NCBI GenBank assembly: GCA_051745185.1
Contig: JBNJDV010000004.1
Coordinates: 1 to 46,006 of the forward strand
Length of the DNA: 46,006 nucleotides
DNA from: Bacillota bacterium
GTDB taxonomy: Bacteria; Bacillota; Halanaerobiia; Halanaerobiales; M55B127
Direction: 5' to 3'
Below the pieces are notes generated by a model. The model saw only the letters and a program-made list of their open reading frames with translations. It was not told the DNA's origin and did not search any database. The translations under genes were made by a program, and so were the position numbers. This document shows positions 40,767 through 46,006 of the stretch, piece after piece (within the stretch, counting starts at the first letter, position 1; the number at the start of each line of letters is the position of its first letter).

Positions 40767-40916
40767 CTATTCTCTAGCTGCTTTGTTGTAACCAACATAA
40801 GCACCAAGAGCAATTCCGCCTAAACCAGCTGCCAGGTAAATAACAGTTGCTGTTGTACTACTAACTACAAATCCACCGTCTATTTCCATTAATTCCTGTT
40901 GGGTTAAATCTCTAAT
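40767..40916 (-). CDS. Double-glycine-leader peptide B (49 codons if started at AUU; 40 if at the internal AUG at 40889)
   Basis: Hand translation: (I/M)RDLTQQELMEIDGG-FVVSSTTATVIYLAAGLGGIALGAYVGYNKAARE. GAGGTG SD at 40927..40922, 5 nt before ATT at 40916. There is an in-frame TGA at 40928..40926. Below the ORF-track cutoff. Confidence 0.65.
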   Translation of the reverse strand: MRDLTQQELMEIDGGFVVSSTTATVIYLAAGLGGIALGAYVGYNKAARE

Positions 40917-40935
40917 ACGTTCACCTCATTTCTAA

Positions 40936-41109
40936 TTACTGAGTAGAGTAATAATATGCTGCTCCAACTGCTAAACCTATTGCTATACCTGCAGAAGCAA
41001 CTCCAAAGGCTCCTAATACTAAAGCCGAACCAGAAACCGGTCCACCACCATTAATATCCATTAATTCTTGATTGGTTAAAACATGAGAGTTATTAGCTGT
41101 TAGTTCCAT
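40936..41109 (-). CDS. Double-glycine-leader peptide A (57 aa precursor, 35-aa predicted mature peptide)
   Basis: Hand translation: MELTANNSHVLTNQELMDINGG-GPVSGSALVLGAFGVASAGIAIGLAVGAAYYYSTQ. GGGGG SD at 41120..41116. The leader matches the L(-12) E(-8) L(-7) I(-4) G(-2) G(-1) consensus. Below the ORF-track cutoff. Confidence 0.8.
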   Translation of the reverse strand: MELTANNSHVLTNQELMDINGGGPVSGSALVLGAFGVASAGIAIGLAVGAAYYYSTQ

Positions 41110-41160
41110 TTAATTCCCCCTTAATAGATATTTCCCGGGATTTACTATTTTCAATATTAT

Positions 41161-41180
41161 CATATTTTTACATATTTTTC
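41161..41180. repeat. Tandem 10-bp direct repeat in the promoter region of the peptide operon
   Basis: The plus strand reads CATATTTTTA CATATTTTTC (minus strand GAAAAATATG TAAAAATATG). On the minus strand it sits immediately upstream of a TGaTAATAT extended -10-like element (41162..41154). Confidence 0.5.
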
Positions 41181-41288
41181 CACTACCTGAAAGTACCAAA
41201 TCTTACTATTTTAAGAAAATATAATGTTGGAATAATTACTCTCTAGTTGATAAAAATACCATTTTGTCAGTTTATAAGTTTTAACACA

Positions 41289-41327
41289 TAAAAAAACGGC
41301 TATATAAAATGATAAATTTTATATAGC
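41289..41327 (-). terminator. Intrinsic terminator of the DUF368 gene, insulating it from the peptide operon
   Basis: GGCTATATAAAAT (41297..41309) pairs with ATTTTATATAGCC (41315..41327) across a 5-nt loop. A 7-T run follows on the minus strand (41289..41295). Confidence 0.75.
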
Positions 41328-41362
41328 CTAATCCTAATCATATATTTATTTTTAAAATATTT

Positions 41363-42136
41363 TTAAGTATTCTCACCTATCAACTCTAATATTATAATAA
41401 TTACTGCTCCAACAAAAAAGGCAAAAATACCATTAATAATAAGTGCTGAAGGGAATACTGCAGCACTTGAACCTAATATTAAACCTGTTAGAACAGTCAT
41501 TACCTTTTTGTAATGATTTTTTAATAATAATGAAAATAAGTTAGCAAATACTAATAGACCTAAAACAACTCCAACTGCAAATACAATTAAAAATAGTATC
41601 TCTAAGTTATTAATTGCTGCTAATAAAGGGTGATAAACTCCCATTAAAACTAATATTGTACCACCACTTATTCCCGGTAATATCATTGCAATACTTCCAA
41701 CAAAACCTGCAATAAAATATAATAAATAACCGTTTAAATTTCCAAAGTTAACTTGAAATTCCATACTAAAAAATAATGCACCAGCAAAGGCTAATAATAA
41801 AAATAATAACTTTAAAAAATTAATATTTCCCATTTTTTTATATGTCGAGTGTGCAGAAGTTATTACTAAACCAAATAAAAAGTAGTTTAATAATAGAGGG
41901 TTACTTGCATATACATCAGTAATTACTGATGAACCTATATATACACCTAAAACAGCACCCAACCCAATAGGTATTAATCTCTTTAAGTTTATATTTTTGA
42001 TTGCAATAATTAATGTTTCATATATATTTAATACTAAAGCTATTGTACCACCACTAACACCGGGAAGGGTGTTCGCTAAACCGAAAGGTATAGATTTTAA
42101 AAATAATGATATAAAAGAATTATTATTGCCTGACAA
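41363..42136 (-). CDS. DUF368-family membrane protein (PopT-type undecaprenyl-phosphate translocase family)
   Basis: The LPGVSGGTIALVL and LPGISGGTILVLMG duplicated motifs are characteristic of DUF368. About 8 TM segments. Confidence 0.85.
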   Translation of the reverse strand: MSGNNNSFISLFLKSIPFGLANTLPGVSGGTIALVLNIYETLIIAIKNINLKRLIPIGLGAVLGVYIGSSVITDVYASNPLLLNYFLFGLVITSAHSTYKKMGNINFLKLLFLLLAFAGALFFSMEFQVNFGNLNGYLLYFIAGFVGSIAMILPGISGGTILVLMGVYHPLLAAINNLEILFLIVFAVGVVLGLLVFANLFSLLLKNHYKKVMTVLTGLILGSSAAVFPSALIINGIFAFFVGAVIIIILELIGENT

Positions 42137-42212
42137 AATTATCTTCCTTTCTTATAATACAAATATACATGCTCTATAAAAACTATATCATATCTTTTAT
42201 TATTTTAAAATT

Positions 42213-42234
42213 AAAAAAACCCGGGAGCGCCGGG
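42213..42234 (-). terminator. Intrinsic terminator after the 53-aa ORF
   Basis: The minus strand reads CCCGG-CGCTC-CCGGG followed by TTTTTTT (42219..42213). Confidence 0.7.
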
Positions 42235-42245
42235 CAATATTAATA

Positions 42246-42407
42246 TTATTCATCTTCATTATATGGTAAGAGCTTGATATCATCCTCATCTATCTTCTCA
42301 AGGTCAATATTATGCTTTTTTACAAAATGATAGGTTGCTTGTCCTGGTGCATGAGCTTCTACAATCTCCTCTATTCCTTCTTTTTCATATATAATTTTAT
42401 ATTTCAT
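42246..42407 (-). CDS. Small acidic hypothetical protein (53 aa)
   Basis: Hand translation: MKYKIIYEKEGIEEIVEAHAPGQATYHFVKKHNIDLEKIDEDDIKLLPYNEDE. GGAGGG SD 7 nt upstream and its own terminator. Below the ORF-track cutoff. Confidence 0.55.
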   Translation of the reverse strand: MKYKIIYEKEGIEEIVEAHAPGQATYHFVKKHNIDLEKIDEDDIKLLPYNEDE

Positions 42408-42478
42408 TAATAATCCCTCCTATTTTCTTAATCCAATTAAAACACATCATTTTAGAAATTAACGTTAAATTTATTACA

Positions 42479-43252
42479 TCAACTTAAATTAAAAAATCTT
42501 TCTGTGTTTCTGGTAGTTACTTCAGCAACTTTCTGTAAAGTAGTATTTTTTAGAGATGCAATATATTTTGCTATTTCTTTTACATATAGGGGTTCATTTC
42601 TTTTGCCTCTATGTGGTGTAGGAGCTAAATACGGAGAATCGGTCTCTAATAAAATATTACTTAAGGGAATTTTTTGAATAATATCTTTTAATTCATGAGC
42701 ACTGCTGAAGGTAACAATACCTCCTGCTCCAAAATAAAAACCCATTTCCAAAGCATCTTGTGCCATTTCTTTACCTCCTGTGAAACTGTGTAAAAGAACC
42801 TTCTGATTGGACATTTTTTCTTCCTTTAATATAGCAATAGTATCCTTATCAGCATCTCTACTGTGAATTACAATTGGTAGATTTATTTCTTTAGCTAACC
42901 TAAGCTGTTTTCTAAATGCCTCTTTTTGTATACCTCGTGGTGAATTATCATAATAGAAGTCAAGTCCAATTTCACCAATAGCTATAACCTTATCTGCTTT
43001 AGCCAAATCTTTTATTACTGTTAAGGCTTTTTTATCTAGATCTTTTGCTTCATGGGGATGAATGCCTACAACAGCATAAATCATATCATACTGTTGGCTT
43101 AAATTTAATGAACGATGACTTGAAGCTAAATTTGAACCAACATTTATTATTTTGTTTATACCATTATCATATGCTCTATTTATAACCTGGTCTCTATCTT
43201 TATTAAACTTATCAAAGTCTAGGTGTGCATGAGAATCTATTAATTCTAGCAT
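42479..43252 (-). CDS. tatD: TatD-family metal-dependent DNase/hydrolase
   Basis: IDSHAHLD start, GEIGLDFYY, VIHSRDA, LETDSPYLAP. Confidence 0.93.
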   Translation of the reverse strand: MLELIDSHAHLDFDKFNKDRDQVINRAYDNGINKIINVGSNLASSHRSLNLSQQYDMIYAVVGIHPHEAKDLDKKALTVIKDLAKADKVIAIGEIGLDFYYDNSPRGIQKEAFRKQLRLAKEINLPIVIHSRDADKDTIAILKEEKMSNQKVLLHSFTGGKEMAQDALEMGFYFGAGGIVTFSSAHELKDIIQKIPLSNILLETDSPYLAPTPHRGKRNEPLYVKEIAKYIASLKNTTLQKVAEVTTRNTERFFNLS

Positions 43253-43272
43253 ATCTATATAGCTCCTTAATA

Positions 43273-43890
43273 TTAATAATTACCTATAATCTTTCTATTT
43301 AATGCTTTTAAACAAGCTTTCCCAACTGCTAATGGTAAATCCTGGTTTATATATGTAGATCCTAATAATCTTTCTTTTGACCCATGTTCATTATATAAAC
43401 AAATTTGCACCACTACAATTTCATCTTTAATACCTGTTTTAAATATATTTTCTATTCTTAGTCTTCCAGGTAGTTGGAGATATTTTTCTAGGATTTCAAT
43501 CAAACCCTTTGCTGTTTTATAAATTATAGGTTCATCTGGGTTATCACTGCTCTTTCCTTCAAAAATGTTATCATTAATTCTTAATCTATAATGACAGACC
43601 GGATTATTATTTTCCTTAAATATTGAAATGATTTCTAAACGTTCAATATCATTATCCTTGCTGTTATGTTCAAACTGGGCTATACTTATTTTTTTATGAT
43701 CTATATCTTTATCTTCATTAACTAAAATAATGGTTTCAACATCCCTAACAATTCTTTTGGGATTCCTCTTTTTATCAGCTATAATATGTACTTCATCAAT
43801 CTCATCTTCACCGGTTATTTTACAAGAAATTATACCGTCCAATTTGTTAATCTTTTGAGTCAAATCATCGAACATACTCTCTACCCCCAT
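43273..43890 (-). CDS. Hypothetical protein (205 aa), no domain recognised
   Basis: Long ORF tightly packed between the HD-GYP gene (22-nt gap) and tatD (20-nt gap). No motif I can name. Confidence 0.55.
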   Translation of the reverse strand: MGVESMFDDLTQKINKLDGIISCKITGEDEIDEVHIIADKKRNPKRIVRDVETIILVNEDKDIDHKKISIAQFEHNSKDNDIERLEIISIFKENNNPVCHYRLRINDNIFEGKSSDNPDEPIIYKTAKGLIEILEKYLQLPGRLRIENIFKTGIKDEIVVVQICLYNEHGSKERLLGSTYINQDLPLAVGKACLKALNRKIIGNY

Positions 43891-43912
43891 TATACATTAT
43901 AATTTAAACATC

Positions 43913-45160
43913 CTAATTCTGCTTAAAACTACTATTAAATGTTCCCTCTTCAATAAGGTCAACCATCGCTTCAACAAGTTCAGGATCAAACTGTTTTTTA
44001 GAACAATTTTTTAACTCTTCTATGGTTTCTTTTTTATTTAATGCTTTTTTATAACTTCGACCCGTTGTCATAACATCAAATGAATCACATATATTTAAAA
44101 TTCTTGCCCCTAAAGGTATTTCTTCTCCTTTAATACCATCTGGATATCCATTACCATTATAAAATTCATGGTGGTGAAGAATTATTTCTAGGTCATCATT
44201 TAACATATCAATATCTTTTAACAACTCGTATCCATAATAACTGTGTTTTTTCATTTCATTAAACTCTTCTTCGTCTAGTATATCATCACTTTTTAATATT
44301 TGGTCATCAACATATATTTTACCTATATCATGTATCTTAGCCATATTAACAATCTTTTCTTTTTTTCTTTGATTTACTTTTATTGTATCACATAATTTCT
44401 TAGTATAATTCGCCACCCGTTCACAATGTCCTTCAGTATAATGATCCTTGGAATCAATAACTTTTAGGAAACTCTCTATTATTTGGGTGAAAGTATTTAA
44501 TACTTGTAAGCGTGAAAAAAAGAAATCCCTTGCTATATAGATTAAAATTATCACCAACATGAAAAATAATTTTCCAAATTGAATATAACTAAAATAGAGT
44601 ATTAATCCTAAAAAGTATGATATGAAAATACTTTTAATTAATTCGGAAAGAAATATTGTATAACTAACCTTTTGTTTTTCATCAGATAAGTAAATTACAA
44701 TATATACTAAACCAATATTAATTGAAAAATATATTATTGATGCAAAAAATAATGCAATTATTATATTAGAAGTTAAAATAGAAATTGATAATTTATATAT
44801 TAATGCAGCACTACCCGCTGCAATACCAAACATACATCGATTAAATAAAAACTTATACCAAGGTAGTTTGTTTTCTCTAATATTTAATTCACTGGTTCCA
44901 ACAAAGGCGATTATCAATACCCAAAAAGGATTTAACATTGTCATTGCAGGAATTAAAACTGGTAAACTAATTGATGTTGAAGTATTACTTTTAAAATTTA
45001 TAAAGTAGCTTAAATTACTTAAAATAAACAAAGTTGCAAGAAAAAAAATCACATCAAAATTAAAATTACCAATGGGATATAAAAAAAATATACTAATTGC
45101 AAATAATATAAAAACAAAATACTCAATTGCTAAAAATATTTTTACTTTTTTATTCATCAT
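43913..45160 (-). CDS. Membrane-anchored HD-GYP domain protein (putative c-di-GMP phosphodiesterase)
   Basis: About 7 N-terminal TM helices, then HYTEGHCERV...KIHDIGKI...HHHEFYNGNGYPDG, which carries the HD and GYP signatures. AGGAGG SD. Confidence 0.88.
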   Translation of the reverse strand: MMNKKVKIFLAIEYFVFILFAISIFFLYPIGNFNFDVIFFLATLFILSNLSYFINFKSNTSTSISLPVLIPAMTMLNPFWVLIIAFVGTSELNIRENKLPWYKFLFNRCMFGIAAGSAALIYKLSISILTSNIIIALFFASIIYFSINIGLVYIVIYLSDEKQKVSYTIFLSELIKSIFISYFLGLILYFSYIQFGKLFFMLVIILIYIARDFFFSRLQVLNTFTQIIESFLKVIDSKDHYTEGHCERVANYTKKLCDTIKVNQRKKEKIVNMAKIHDIGKIYVDDQILKSDDILDEEEFNEMKKHSYYGYELLKDIDMLNDDLEIILHHHEFYNGNGYPDGIKGEEIPLGARILNICDSFDVMTTGRSYKKALNKKETIEELKNCSKKQFDPELVEAMVDLIEEGTFNSSFKQN

Positions 45161-45225
45161 TAAATCCTCCTGGATATAAAAATATCTGATGGCATATTTT
45201 ATTTATTTATCTCCAGTGTACAGTT

Positions 45226-45294
45226 TCAGCTAATGCAGCTATAGTAGAAGCAAAAGTCATTAAACCAGTTAATATAGCTATATACCACTTCTTC
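45226..45294 (-). CDS. 22-codon aromatic/Cys-rich small ORF (speculative)
   Basis: Hand translation: MKKWYSYINWFNDFCFYYSCIS. AAGGGAGG SD with a 9-nt spacer. No homology can be asserted. Confidence 0.3.
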   Translation of the reverse strand, partial: EEVVYSYINWFNDFCFYYSCIS

Positions 45295-45300
45295 ATGTGT

Positions 45301-45370
45301 TATAGCCTCCCTTCGTCATTAAATTGTGTTTTTTAATGACTAAGCTGTGTCACATCTAACGAAGGTCGGC
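45301..45370 (-). promoter_or_regulatory. SD-sequestering 5' leader structure
   Basis: In the minus-strand RNA, UAGCCGACCUUCG (45370..45358) can pair with CGAAGGGAGGCUA (45313..45301, which contains the SD) as 5+6 bp around a 2x2 mismatch. A 9-bp hairpin GUCAUUAAA/UUUAAUGAC (45338..45313) is nested against it. Confidence 0.4.
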
Positions 45371-45439
45371 TAAGCTCGTTTTAGTTAATCTCATCTCTTA
45401 ATTATTAAAATATATGCCATCAGATATTAACAAAAAGCT

Positions 45440-45468
45440 TTCTTATATTTTATTCTTTACAAACTGTA
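45440..45468 (-). promoter_or_regulatory. Candidate promoter driving the leader / small ORF / HD-GYP transcript
   Basis: On the minus strand: TTTACA (45468..45463), 17 nt, TATAAG (45445..45440). The predicted start falls about 10 nt upstream of the distal inverted-repeat arm. Confidence 0.4.
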
Positions 45469-45590
45469 AAATTCCTTTATACAATTTATCTTAGTTTGCA
45501 GAAATGACAGTAATTTATGAACTTTTATAACCATTTTATTTGGTAAAAAATAAAAAATATGATAAAATTTTTTAAAGAGGTGTAAATAAA

Positions 45591-46006
45591 ATGAATGAAT
45601 ATATAAATAAATTTAATCAAATAAATGATCTTTCAGTTAAAGAAAATGTCCCCTTAAAAAAATATACAACCTTTGAAGTTGGTGGTCCTGCTGACCTGTT
45701 TTTAGTTCCACAGAGTGAAAAAGCCTTACAAAGGTTAACTAAAATCATCAAGGAAAATAATTTAAATTACTTTGTTTTAGGTAAAGGCAGCAATATTATC
45801 GTTGGAGACAAAGGTTACAGAGGTATAATAATTTATACCGGAAAATTAAACAGTATTAAAGTTTTAGATAATAAGATAGTTGCTCAAAGTGGAGCAACTC
45901 TAAAAGAACTTTCAGATGTAGCTTTAGAAAATTCACTTACCGGAATTGAATTTGCCTGCGGTATTCCCGGCTCTCTTGGTGGTGCTGTATTTATGAATGC
46001 TGGAGC
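45591..46006 (+). CDS. murB: UDP-N-acetylenolpyruvoylglucosamine reductase, 5' part (runs off the window)
   Basis: Hand translation: MNEYINKFNQINDLSVKENVPLKKYTTFEVGGPADLFLVP...VLGKGSNIIV...GIEFACGIPGSLGGAVFMNAG. AAAGAGGTG SD upstream. Confidence 0.93.
   Translation, partial: MNEYINKFNQINDLSVKENVPLKKYTTFEVGGPADLFLVPQSEKALQRLTKIIKENNLNYFVLGKGSNIIVGDKGYRGIIIYTGKLNSIKVLDNKIVAQSGATLKELSDVALENSLTGIEFACGIPGSLGGAVFMNAG

Larger units (their letters stand above)
45181..45426. repeat. 246-bp unit bounded by a perfect 17-bp inverted repeat
   Basis: AATATCTGATGGCATAT (45181..45197) is the exact reverse complement of ATATGCCATCAGATATT (45410..45426). The arms enclose a structured leader and a 22-codon ORF. 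Confidence 0.8.

Noticed and set aside
41133-41140. TCCCGGGA palindrome considered as a stand-alone feature such as a restriction site or hairpin.
   Set aside because: At 8 bp with no loop it cannot form a hairpin, and a single occurrence has little meaning. It is mentioned only as part of the promoter/5' UTR finding.
588-42179. About 30 plus-strand ORFs of 60-160 aa in the track lie inside larger minus-strand genes, for example 588..770, 939..1271, 2883..3161, 4231..4713, 11093..11464, 19097..19459, 25254..25580, 33612..33914, 34207..34551 and 41997..42179.
   Set aside because: Each is antisense to a gene with clear family motifs. Their translations are low-complexity (poly-S, or I/L/F/S-rich) as expected for the reverse strand of AT-rich coding DNA, and none has a convincing SD. 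They are shadow ORFs.
45160-45470. Possible c-di-GMP riboswitch upstream of the HD-GYP gene.
   Set aside because: It is an attractive idea on functional grounds, but I could not find the conserved GEMM-I or c-di-GMP-II sequence blocks by eye, and the region is much more AT-rich than those motifs. It is reported only as an unclassified structured leader, and an Infernal/Rfam scan is needed.
1-46006. Search for CRISPR arrays, tRNA/rRNA genes, transposases, integrases and prophage genes.
   Set aside because: Visual inspection found no spaced identical repeats, no tRNA-like cloverleaf candidates in the short intergenic regions, and no ORF with transposase or integrase motifs. A tRNAscan or Infernal run would be needed to exclude small RNAs formally.

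Overview
Low-GC, AT-rich bacterial chromosome segment with 45 substantial protein-coding genes, almost all on the minus strand, plus a few small ORFs read by hand. No rRNA, tRNA, CRISPR array or transposase was recognised. The backbone is the conserved Firmicute origin-proximal housekeeping order, read right to left: murB / tatD ... rsmA(ksgA), veg ... ispE ... glmU, prs, ctc(L25), pth, probable mfd. Accessory blocks are spliced into it. One is a complete phosphate block (Na/Pi symporter, phoP-phoR, pstSCA, two pstB, phoU) with a hand-readable four-repeat Pho box. Another holds tdh-kbl, bioY, a PspC/LiaF-like pair and transporters. The most interesting block is a very AT-rich region at about 32.8-41.3 kb. 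It begins with three tandem peptide genes, two too short for the ORF track and one hidden inside a 71-aa track ORF. Two carry textbook double-glycine leaders. The third is a leaderless paralogue of one mature peptide. Directly downstream are a C39-peptidase ABC exporter and a HlyD-type adaptor, followed by a LuxR-type regulator, butyrate kinase and two signal-peptide coiled-coil proteins that look like divergent TolC/OEP factors. This reads as a class II microcin or two-peptide bacteriocin system using a diderm-style three-part export route, consistent with a diderm Firmicute such as Halanaerobiales (taxonomy is inference only). A second unusual site is a 246-bp unit bounded by a 17-bp inverted repeat upstream of an HD-GYP gene. 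It contains a sequestered Shine-Dalgarno and a 22-codon aromatic-rich ORF. All calls come from manual reading and motif recognition; no database search was possible.
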